From IMG/VR virus record IMGVR_UViG_3300024339_000005: a DNA stretch of 64,000 nucleotides; one strand, written 5' to 3'. Positions within the stretch are counted from its first letter, which is position 1. The number at the start of each line of letters is the position of its first letter. The translations under genes and the position numbers were made by a program. The notes below the pieces were generated by a model. That model searched no databases, was not told the origin of the DNA, and saw only the letters and a list, made by a program, of their open reading frames with translations. Positions 48,335 through 55,734 of the stretch are shown here, in pieces. The DNA is from a virus.

Positions 48335-48419
48335 TGGTGCATCGGGAAGGAATCGAACCTTCAAAGTAAAAAACGGGAGATTTACAGTCTCTTAGGCTCA
48401 CCACCTGCCTAACCAATGC
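48335..48419 (-). tRNA. tRNA-Tyr (GTA)
   Basis: CT-GTA-AA loop, long variable region, CCA. Confidence 0.8.
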
Positions 48420-48426
48420 ATATAAA

Positions 48427-48530
48427 ATAAACGCTAGAACGGAATCGAACCGTTTCTATTCCCAACTTTACACCAGTAGCCTACACATTCCCTTGGGAAA
48501 GTTTTGTTGTGTAGAACATCAAGCGTTTAT
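48427..48530 (-). ncRNA. tRNA-like RNA with T arm but no canonical D or anticodon arm
   Basis: ATAAACGCT/AGCGTTTAT stem, AACGG-TTCGATT-CCGTT. Confidence 0.5.
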
Positions 48531-48535
48531 AAAAA

Positions 48536-48636
48536 GGGGGAACTCGACGCTTCGCCAAAAGCGGAATTCAACCCAGTAATTTTCAGAGAAAGGGGAGTTG
48601 AACCCCTTTGATAGAAATTAGTTCGGTGTCGACCCC
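48536..48636 (-). ncRNA. stem-closed RNA with a T-loop hairpin
   Basis: GGGG-TCGAC/GTCGA-GTT-CCCC outer stem, AAGGGG-TTCAACT-CCCCTT. Confidence 0.45.
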
Positions 48637-48687
48637 TTACTAACTTCCGAAACATTCAAGTTTCTTAACACGCCCGCACCCTTAATT

Positions 48688-48788
48688 TGGCAGCCATAAC
48701 AGGAATCGAACCTGTATTCGGTATTCGCAAGATATACCGGACTTTCTTACTTGCGGCTTAAAAGTCAGCCCCCAATGGGCATAGGCTA
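48688..48788 (-). ncRNA. tRNA-like RNA with CCA end and enlarged anticodon loop
   Basis: D-like, anticodon-like, long variable and T arms; GCCA end. Confidence 0.55.
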
Positions 48789-48793
48789 TAATT

Positions 48794-48869
48794 TGGAGAG
48801 CATGGTCGGAATCGAACCGACTTCAATTTCGCTTTGCAGGCGAAGACCTTACCATTCGGCATCACGCTC
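48794..48869 (-). tRNA. tRNA-Cys (GCA)
   Basis: U73, CCA. Confidence 0.9.
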
Positions 48870-48873
48870 ATTG

Positions 48874-49078
48874 TAAACAGTTTTGAAGAAAGGTGATCCG
48901 GGGCTCCGCACCCTCCATATGTCTAGTAATTACTCTCCGCCGTTTGCAACCGACTTTGAATTCTAATCATATGCCCTCTAGTGACCCTCATATGTAAACC
49001 TCTGGAAACATACTTGTTACGGACTCTAGCAGTTTATTCCTCGTAGATTGTGGAACCACATTTCATCAAAAATGTTTA
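48874..49078 (-). ncRNA. ~205-nt stem-closed non-coding RNA
   Basis: TAAACATTTTTGATGAAA / TTTCTTCAAAACTGTTTA terminal stem. Confidence 0.45.
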
Positions 49079-49361
49079 TTTAACCAATTCTCTGCTATCG
49101 GTGTCCACATCAAAGATGCTTCGTTGCCCTCCAGACAGGCCCTACCTCACTCACAGCCGCAGGTCGCTGTACTCGTTTACTTCTGGGTTTTTTACGTCTT
49201 TGCTGACTGCTACATGAAACCCCAGGATTCTGATTTCATAATCGTTCTCTATTTATTTTCTGTGTCCATAACTATCAGCCGAACGATTTGCTTCTAGTAG
49301 TTTTAACGGACTAACTCTTGACCAATCTCTTTCGTTCTCTCCTCTAACTCTCTCGTTTGTT

Positions 49362-49406
49362 TCTCTATCTTAATTTGATCATACGCTATTTTTCGGCAAA
49401 TGTCAA
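49362..49406 (-). promoter_or_regulatory. early promoter at the head of the tRNA island (variant repeat)
   Basis: TTGACA-17-TATGAT. Confidence 0.8.
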
Positions 49407-49424
49407 GCACTAATTTCACTTTTT

Positions 49425-49634
49425 TCAAATAAACTTTTCACAAAAGATTATCGAATTACCAGGAAAAACCAAACTCACATTCTCAAGAAATTCTTCTTCG
49501 GTTCTAGCGGATTTCACGCGAACCCAGTTATTACTCTTTTTTAATCCACCATCATTCCAAACGTCACTCATCAAGGCTGCATCACCAGAGAACCAGGCTC
49601 CTGTTTTTCCGAATTGCGCTACAATCTTTTTCAT
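49425..49634 (-). CDS. early hypothetical protein
   Basis: GAGAGAG RBS after promoter repeat. Confidence 0.55.
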   Translation of the reverse strand: MKKIVAQFGKTGAWFSGDAALMSDVWNDGGLKKSNNWVRVKSARTEEEFLENVSLVFPGNSIIFCEKFI

Positions 49635-49651
49635 AATCTCTCTCTTGGTTC

Positions 49652-49696
49652 TTGATCTTACTATCTGATCATGCACTATTTCTGACCAAATGTCAA
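49652..49696 (-). promoter_or_regulatory. conserved early promoter repeat
   Basis: same 45-bp element. Confidence 0.8.
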
Positions 49697-49717
49697 CCCC
49701 TAAATGCAATAAAACTC

Positions 49718-49755
49718 AAAAAAAATGCCCCATCCTATATTCTAGGGTGGGGCAT
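49718..49755 (-). terminator. intrinsic terminator (attenuator terminator)
   Basis: ATGCCCCACCCTA-GAATA-TAGGATGGGGCAT followed by a T run. Confidence 0.85.
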
Positions 49756-49787
49756 GAAAGTTACTACTTTTACTACTTAAACTTTCA

Positions 49788-49901
49788 TCATCCCATCCCG
49801 GTTCCGCCAATATTATCTTGGCGTTTCGCCCAGGCGCAACTCACCATCGGAAATGATTCCGACAATAGATATGACGTATGGGCGAGTAATATGGAAGTCA
49901 T
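49788..49901 (-). CDS. putative attenuator leader peptide (37 aa, all 20 amino acids)
   Basis: MTSILLAHTSYLLSESFPMVSCAWAKRQDNIGGTGMG*, between late promoter and terminator. Confidence 0.65.
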   Translation of the reverse strand: MTSILLAHTSYLLSESFPMVSCAWAKRQDNIGGTGMG

Positions 49902-49949
49902 GGTCTTTTCTTTATTTGTAGCCAGTAACGAAGGCTTGTTGTTCACTTT

Positions 49950-49957
49950 TATTTATA
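49950..49957 (-). promoter_or_regulatory. T4-type late promoter TATAAATA
   Basis: exact match ~50 nt upstream of the leader ORF. Confidence 0.8.
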
Positions 49958-49985
49958 CGTTTGGTACCAGGGATTTGAAAAAAGA

Positions 49986-50201
49986 TCAACCTTTTTTATC
50001 CATGATGTAGGGCGCCATGTTCTTGGTTTCGTCTTTACCAAGGCTGGTGTTCTTGCGCTCTTTATGCGCTTCCATCTGGTTCAAAACCCGACGGATAGGA
50101 TTCTTGTTAGCAATCCGAACCGACTTCAAGGTCTTCTTCGATACGTTGCGACCGGTACCTTTCGATACCTGCTTGGTGCGCTTGTTCCTTACTGACGACA
50201 T
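49986..50201 (-). CDS. small basic hypothetical protein
   Basis: Lys/Arg-rich; GGAGAG RBS; promoter at 50228-50256. Confidence 0.55.
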   Translation of the reverse strand: MSSVRNKRTKQVSKGTGRNVSKKTLKSVRIANKNPIRRVLNQMEAHKERKNTSLGKDETKNMAPYIMDKKG

Positions 50202-50263
50202 TTTTTCTCTCCTGTTTCTATTTTACGATCATACTCTGTCTGACCGCTTTTGTCAATACTTTT

Positions 50264-50860
50264 TTAGGCTTCTTCTATATAAACAACACCGATGCCTAGC
50301 ATGGCTGGTTTGTTTTTGAATATCTCCAAACAATCGGCGTCGTGGGTATGGGTCATTTCCTGGTATTCATCCAGAGACTCTGGTCGGTCCATGACTTGCT
50401 TCAGGTCTTTCCAGAATCTATGAACACCGAAGTTGGCGTTTGATATATCATGGATACCGACCATAACATTGGCCATAGGTGAGTATTCGTTCCAATCTTT
50501 CAAAGCCCCGTCGTAACTGTGGTCACCATCAATGTAAACCAAATCGAATGGACCCCGGGCTTCTGCGATTGATTTGATACTCTCGTCATGTGAATTACCA
50601 AAAATCAACTTAACATCATAGCCTTTGGCTGTCAACGCCTTCGCTATATTCTCGAGGCTTTCTTTCGAATCTTCAAAGCCATCTGAGGCGTTCGGCCAAT
50701 CAATCGCTGTAATCTTTGAACCCACGGGCAGGCAATTAGCCATATGCCAAAGGTTCTGCCCATACAGACTACCAATCTCAAGGAGAGAATCGACCTCTTT
50801 CTCCTTGATTAGTTTCTGGAATCTGTCGCTTTCTACCAAGCAGCCGTTATGAGAAATCAT
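50264..50860 (-). CDS. class I SAM-dependent methyltransferase (Methyltransf_24-like)
   Basis: LEIGSLYG, FDLVYIDGDHSY.G...DW, HD. Confidence 0.82.
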   Translation of the reverse strand: MISHNGCLVESDRFQKLIKEKEVDSLLEIGSLYGQNLWHMANCLPVGSKITAIDWPNASDGFEDSKESLENIAKALTAKGYDVKLIFGNSHDESIKSIAEARGPFDLVYIDGDHSYDGALKDWNEYSPMANVMVGIHDISNANFGVHRFWKDLKQVMDRPESLDEYQEMTHTHDADCLEIFKNKPAMLGIGVVYIEEA

Positions 50861-51181
50861 CAAGCCACCCGATATTCGTTGTTGCTGAAACCTTCGCGGT
50901 CCTTGCGTTCGGTATTCTTCAGGAACGTATGAACGGTCCATGCGTGGGGTGGATAATCCTCGAGGTAATCACAGATTTTTTCAAGGGCTTTATAGCCAAT
51001 ATCAAAACCGATATATTGCCAGACGGGTTCCATGGCTTTGAAGTCTTTCTGGTTGCAGTCCATTGAGATCGAACCAGCGAATTCAATATCTCCCAGGAAA
51101 TCATAAAGATACATTTCCGTAAGAGCCTTGAATTCTTCTGTGTCGTTCACTTCGAACCCGGGCTTGGCTTCAAACATAATT

Positions 51182-51571
51182 CTAAGATTCATCATGGCAA
51201 ATTTCCTTCATTTGTGTAATGTGTTGGCACTTCCGATATTTGAAAAACGGAAAGCAAGAACAAGACCAATAACCGAAGATACGGGCTACCGTATCGGGAC
51301 CATCGACCCACTTGTTGTAGTTATCCATATCCCACATAAAGCGGTAAGCCGGTTTTGGCTCAGGCTCACAGTAGGCCTTACAGGAAAGAACTCGTTCGCG
51401 GTCTATGACACGCTCGGTAAATTCACCCCTGCCTTCAACAGACAGACGAACTTTGGCTGCACCCTCGGGTGACAGCAATTCACCCACGAACTTGTAGGTC
51501 TCCGCGATAGGCTTGACATAAGCCTTACGGTTTTTCCAGTTCGGGTTCAGGACCGTCAGTTCAACTTTCAT
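51182..51571 (-). CDS. protein with C-terminal SWIM-type zinc finger
   Basis: WSCSC..F.YRKCQHI. Confidence 0.55.
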   Translation of the reverse strand: MKVELTVLNPNWKNRKAYVKPIAETYKFVGELLSPEGAAKVRLSVEGRGEFTERVIDRERVLSCKAYCEPEPKPAYRFMWDMDNYNKWVDGPDTVARIFGYWSCSCFPFFKYRKCQHITQMKEICHDES

Positions 51572-51779
51572 TTCAGGAAGTCCCTTGTTTTATGGCTTGC
51601 TTTAATCATTGCGTCGGCCCATTGATAGCGCAATTCGCATTTCATTTGGAGCCATTGTTCGTCGCTGCCATACTGGCCCTCCACTCTATCACCGAAATGG
51701 ATTTTGATAGCGCCGAGTGTCAAATCTTTATAGACTTCTTTTGGGGCGTGACAGGCGAAATAATCTCTGGTGCTGATAC

Positions 51780-51908
51780 TCATTCAATTTTCAGGTTCTT
51801 TCTGCTATACTTACGTTTCAAAGGTACGACACGCTTGCGGAATAATGGTGACGCAAGAGCCATAGCCATAGCACAACGGCGCTTTGGTATTTTGTTCTTG
51901 CGTTTCAT
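51780..51908 (-). CDS. ArfA-like small basic protein (42 aa)
   Basis: MKRKNKIPKRRCAMAMALASPLFRKRVVPLKRKYSRKNLKIE; GGAG RBS; stop overlaps the next start. Confidence 0.5.
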   Translation of the reverse strand: MKRKNKIPKRRCAMAMALASPLFRKRVVPLKRKYSRKNLKIE

Positions 51909-51911
51909 CGG

Positions 51912-52607
51912 TCACACTCCTATAAGGGCACGGTCTGCTTTTGACAGTTTGGCCAGGACGGCTTTCTTTTTAGCAGCCTGAGCAGTACGGGCGGCGGCAA
52001 ATTCAGCCTCCTGCTTTTTCCACATTGCGCGATCGTTGCGGTCTGCTTCTTTATACATTTCAAGATTGCCCTGGGCAACAGAAATTTCTATCAGCCCGAT
52101 GTTATCAGGCAGGGAAGGAACGACCAACATTTCGATGGTGTTGCTAACATGACTCACATGGCCGTTATTGTATTTATTCAGCCACAAAACAGAGACAGAC
52201 TTTTTGGAAACTTTAGTAACAACGCCCCACTGACCAGAATAGAAAATTTTGTCGTTTTCTTTTATGACAACGCCAGCGCCGTCTTTCAGGACAGGCATGG
52301 CTTCTTCTTCAGCTTTGACAACCGCGTTTGCGTCAACGATAATAACGTCAGTGGTTTGGGGAACAACATTGACAAGACAGCGATCGAACCATTGTTTGCG
52401 CCCATTGATTTTTGTCAAGAACTGGTCGCGGCGGTTATACACTCGCGTTTCAGTCACTTCAACAACAGACCCAGACCACTTTGTGGTTTGTTTCGCATGA
52501 TACGAATTTGAGTAATAACTGGTGGAAAAGTAGTTTGAAATCTTGACTATCAAGGAGCCCTTTTCGGCGATTTTGGCTGCTGACGCTTTGAATGTTTCTT
52601 TTTTCAT
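51912..52607 (-). CDS. early hypothetical protein
   Basis: long ORF in early cassette. Confidence 0.55.
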   Translation of the reverse strand: MKKETFKASAAKIAEKGSLIVKISNYFSTSYYSNSYHAKQTTKWSGSVVEVTETRVYNRRDQFLTKINGRKQWFDRCLVNVVPQTTDVIIVDANAVVKAEEEAMPVLKDGAGVVIKENDKIFYSGQWGVVTKVSKKSVSVLWLNKYNNGHVSHVSNTIEMLVVPSLPDNIGLIEISVAQGNLEMYKEADRNDRAMWKKQEAEFAAARTAQAAKKKAVLAKLSKADRALIGV

Positions 52608-52609
52608 GT

Positions 52610-52978
52610 TCAGCCCCCAAACTCGACGGTGCGTTCATTGACTTTGAACTTGCCATTGGCAGTTTCGACAATGAAAGGATACTTGGAAGCGCGTTTGTTC
52701 CAGCCGACAACTTTGCCGGACAGCCCGTTGTTGAGGTTGACAGTCTTGTCAGCCCAACCAGGGTAGAATGCTTCTAAGGCAACACGGTATTTATCTTGCG
52801 CGTTACCAGTTGAATTCAGAACGGACAATTCAACTTTGAATGTGACGTTGGTAGCCGTGAAACGAGCGTTCCCAACATCAATTTTTACACCCAAATTTGC
52901 TTCAACAACAGCGAGGGCCGCCGCTAACTCGTCGCGGGTGGACTTCACTGTGGCGCGGTCAAAAGTCTTAATAGTCAT
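52610..52978 (-). CDS. early hypothetical protein
   Basis: RBS after promoter repeat. Confidence 0.6.
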   Translation of the reverse strand: MTIKTFDRATVKSTRDELAAALAVVEANLGVKIDVGNARFTATNVTFKVELSVLNSTGNAQDKYRVALEAFYPGWADKTVNLNNGLSGKVVGWNKRASKYPFIVETANGKFKVNERTVEFGG

Positions 52979-52998
52979 TTCTTTTCTTTCTCTCTCTG

Positions 52999-53043
52999 TT
53001 GATCTTACTATTTGATCATGCACCATTTTCGACCAAATGTCAA
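52999..53043 (-). promoter_or_regulatory. conserved early promoter repeat
   Basis: same 45-bp element. Confidence 0.8.
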
Positions 53044-53057
53044 GAGAAAAATGAAAA

Positions 53058-53648
53058 TTAATAGCGTTTTGGAGAGATTTTTTTCAGGTAGAGTGCATCA
53101 CCAGTTTTCTCTAATAATACGAGAGTATGACCATCATAAAATGGCGGCAATTCATCCATAACAAATTGTTGAAATTGTGCGCGGTTATGCTCTCGTAAGT
53201 AAAGGAACATATAGCCACCATCTTTGAGGCAATTCGTCATATCGTTCATGGCGTCTGTGAAAACTTGACCCGACAAATGTTCAAGGACAGCCAGAGACAG
53301 GACATAATCAAACTGTTGGTCTGGGATATCATTGGTGATCTCAAGGTTGGCTTTTAGGTGGTCGTTTTTCAAATCGTCTTTGATTATGGTGCCGACCCTG
53401 ACACAATCCTGGTTGGGGTCATAGGAAACTGTCGGTGTGTTGTAGTAAAGGCAGAGGTACATTGAGACACGCCCAGTACCACCACCGAAATCAAGAATCG
53501 TTTGTTTCTCATCACGAATTTTCTGATTATCCACAATTTCCATAAAGGAGAAAGCAGGGCGAAACGCTGCGAATAAATGCGTCATGTGGGTTCCGCGCCC
53601 GTACATTGATTGAATTGGGTCGTCCCAGTGGTTCAGTTCGAAGGTCAT
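53058..53648 (-). CDS. class I SAM-dependent methyltransferase
   Basis: ILDFGGGTG, FDYVLSLAVLEHL, LKDGG. Confidence 0.82.
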   Translation of the reverse strand: MTFELNHWDDPIQSMYGRGTHMTHLFAAFRPAFSFMEIVDNQKIRDEKQTILDFGGGTGRVSMYLCLYYNTPTVSYDPNQDCVRVGTIIKDDLKNDHLKANLEITNDIPDQQFDYVLSLAVLEHLSGQVFTDAMNDMTNCLKDGGYMFLYLREHNRAQFQQFVMDELPPFYDGHTLVLLEKTGDALYLKKISPKRY

Positions 53649-54436
53649 AATATGAATTCCTTGATTGCTTTCATCACCATATCTGGTGTTATATCGTTCA
53701 TCGCATCGCGGCAGTGTGGGCATGATTTATATAGCGTACCGCATGGTTCTCCGCCAGATGAAATATTCACATGACAATCATAGCCAGTACTATCCGGCGA
53801 GATAAAGCCACCGAATATCACAACACCCGGGATGTTCAAGGCTGCAGCGGCATGATGCATTCCACCTTCACCCGAAACGAAAAGTTCTGCCAATGAGAGA
53901 ATCGCAAAGGCTTCCCTTGCGCTTTCAGTGCGTATAATATAGGCGTTACTCAATTTGTCTTGTGATGGCGTAACTGTTCCCGATACATCGGTGTAATCAT
54001 CCACAGGAACCAACTGAACAACTCGGCGACCCTCTTCGGTTAACATATCTGTCAGTGGTTGATACTTTTCAAAACCCCAGTCTTTGTTGTCAGCCGAAGT
54101 GGTGCCTTTGAAATCTGGGTTGAGAATAATAAACGGTTCGTCTGGTATCCTAGAATAGGCGACTTCCATTTCCTCGTCTGTGAATTTCAGAACGCCCGGG
54201 ATCGCTTTCCAATCGGTGTATTCAATATGGTCAGTCCATGATTCAACGTACCATCGTTTGCCGTTGGGTTTTGTTTCGACAATAGTACCATGCTCATTAG
54301 ACAAAAAGTCGATGTTATCCCACATTGACGACCAGACGGGTCTGCCGTTTAACGTTGGTCGAATTAGTCCATCGGTCTGTCTTACATCAAGGTTCTTTGC
54401 GATCCCTGAAAACATAATATCGTCACCGACTCCCAT
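53645..54436 (-). CDS. GT9 (heptosyltransferase-like) glycosyltransferase
   Basis: GVGDDIM, NKDW, FVSGEGGMHHAAAAL..PGVVIFG, C...C..C..AM..I. Confidence 0.82.
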   Translation of the reverse strand: MGVGDDIMFSGIAKNLDVRQTDGLIRPTLNGRPVWSSMWDNIDFLSNEHGTIVETKPNGKRWYVESWTDHIEYTDWKAIPGVLKFTDEEMEVAYSRIPDEPFIILNPDFKGTTSADNKDWGFEKYQPLTDMLTEEGRRVVQLVPVDDYTDVSGTVTPSQDKLSNAYIIRTESAREAFAILSLAELFVSGEGGMHHAAAALNIPGVVIFGGFISPDSTGYDCHVNISSGGEPCGTLYKSCPHCRDAMNDITPDMVMKAIKEFIL

Positions 54437-55020
54437 CAGATATAACCGTGTTGCTGGGAGAAGTTGTTGTTGGCTTCATTTATCCTTCTGCGGATATCAG
54501 GCTCCATGGTGTTGACATTACCAGGCCGAACTATCTGGTTGGCATGTTCGATGATATATGGCTTGTTGTAATCTTCGCCGCACTGGTCGAGGATTTTTAT
54601 CATATCGTCGGCTAGGTTTTCTTGTTTGCCCACAATAATATTTGGGTATTTACCAATGTAATGGTCGTAGTATTCAGCGACGCCATTTTCACAGTTGGCA
54701 CAGTTTTCCAAAAAGGCATCATAGTCTTCTGACTTACATTCACTTTCAAGCCGCAGATATTCCTGCCAGTTCCATTTATGACCTCGGTTGTTGTTTTTGA
54801 CCTTGGCGCGTTGGTGCCACAGACTACGGGCGAAAGTGGCTGGCTCTCTTATAAACGCAAACACATGTTCCTTGGCGGTGTCGGGGCTTGCGTGTCCGTC
54901 ATAAACCGGATCACCTATTGTTTTATAACCGATGACCGCTTGTGTAATCATTTGAACGGCCCAGGTGCCACCCGTTTTAGGTATATGAACAAACATACTA
55001 TTTTTCAATTCAATCGCCAA
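54436..55020 (-). CDS. sulfotransferase-like protein
   Basis: FVHIPKTGGT (5'-PSB motif), F.REP....RS.W. Confidence 0.7.
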   Translation of the reverse strand: MAIELKNSMFVHIPKTGGTWAVQMITQAVIGYKTIGDPVYDGHASPDTAKEHVFAFIREPATFARSLWHQRAKVKNNNRGHKWNWQEYLRLESECKSEDYDAFLENCANCENGVAEYYDHYIGKYPNIIVGKQENLADDMIKILDQCGEDYNKPYIIEHANQIVRPGNVNTMEPDIRRRINEANNNFSQQHGYI

Positions 55021-55021
55021 G

Positions 55022-55732
55022 TCACCTCTCCATAAACAAAAAATCGCCGTCATGTAATTTATGATGGTTCGCAACAGCGTGTTCACCATCTTCGGCTGTA
55101 TTTATACTGACCAATTCATCAGAACCGTCGTAATAAAAGGCCGTATATCCCCTGTCGAATAGGAATTTGAAATATTCACCACTGGGAGTATTCGTCTTTT
55201 TACACCAAGGCTCATAGATTTCAACCATCAAGGACGGGCGGTCGCGCATTAAAATATTTTCCGCGCCCCTAAGAACATCTAACTCATATCCTTCAACATC
55301 AATTTTTATAAAACCGACGTTGTTATGATCTTGCAGGTCAAGAGCAACACAAGGCACAATGATTTCCTTGACGTTGCTAACCAGTGGCGTCTGTGAAGTC
55401 ATAGATAACCGGTCGGTATCAACATAAAGGGTAATGTCGTGGTCGGTCGCACCCACAGCGGCGTTGATAAATTCAACTTTGTGGGGAGGATTTTTACCGA
55501 TGATGTTCTGTTTCAGGACTTGAAACAATTCAGGCACAGGTTCGTAAGTAACCACCTCATTTATTTGAGAATGGAAATAGGTTTGATATCCTGTATTTCC
55601 ACCAACGTCAATGGTCAGTCTATCCTTTTGAACAAAAGGTTCTAACACCCGCAAGATCGATTTCGTCATTAGTTGTTGGTAAAGGTCGTCTTTCCATTGA
55701 CGCCGGACCAAAACTTCATTTGATAGTTCCAT
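55022..55732 (-). CDS. FkbM-family methyltransferase
   Basis: IDVGGNTG, YEP, IKIDVEGYELDVLRGA, RP.LMVE. Confidence 0.88.
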   Translation of the reverse strand: MELSNEVLVRRQWKDDLYQQLMTKSILRVLEPFVQKDRLTIDVGGNTGYQTYFHSQINEVVTYEPVPELFQVLKQNIIGKNPPHKVEFINAAVGATDHDITLYVDTDRLSMTSQTPLVSNVKEIIVPCVALDLQDHNNVGFIKIDVEGYELDVLRGAENILMRDRPSLMVEIYEPWCKKTNTPSGEYFKFLFDRGYTAFYYDGSDELVSINTAEDGEHAVANHHKLHDGDFLFMER

Positions 55733-55734
55733 GA

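Noticed and set aside
39579-48869. Suppressor tRNAs or stop-codon recoding
   Set aside because: No CTA, TTA or TCA anticodons found (TAA, TAG and TGA here are Leu/Ser anticodons); core genes are intact in the standard code.
12871-53043. Dispersed 45-bp repeats as a CRISPR array or IS ends
   Set aside because: Copies are kb apart and co-oriented, contain -35/-10 boxes and precede RBS+ORF; there are no spacers, cas genes or transposase.
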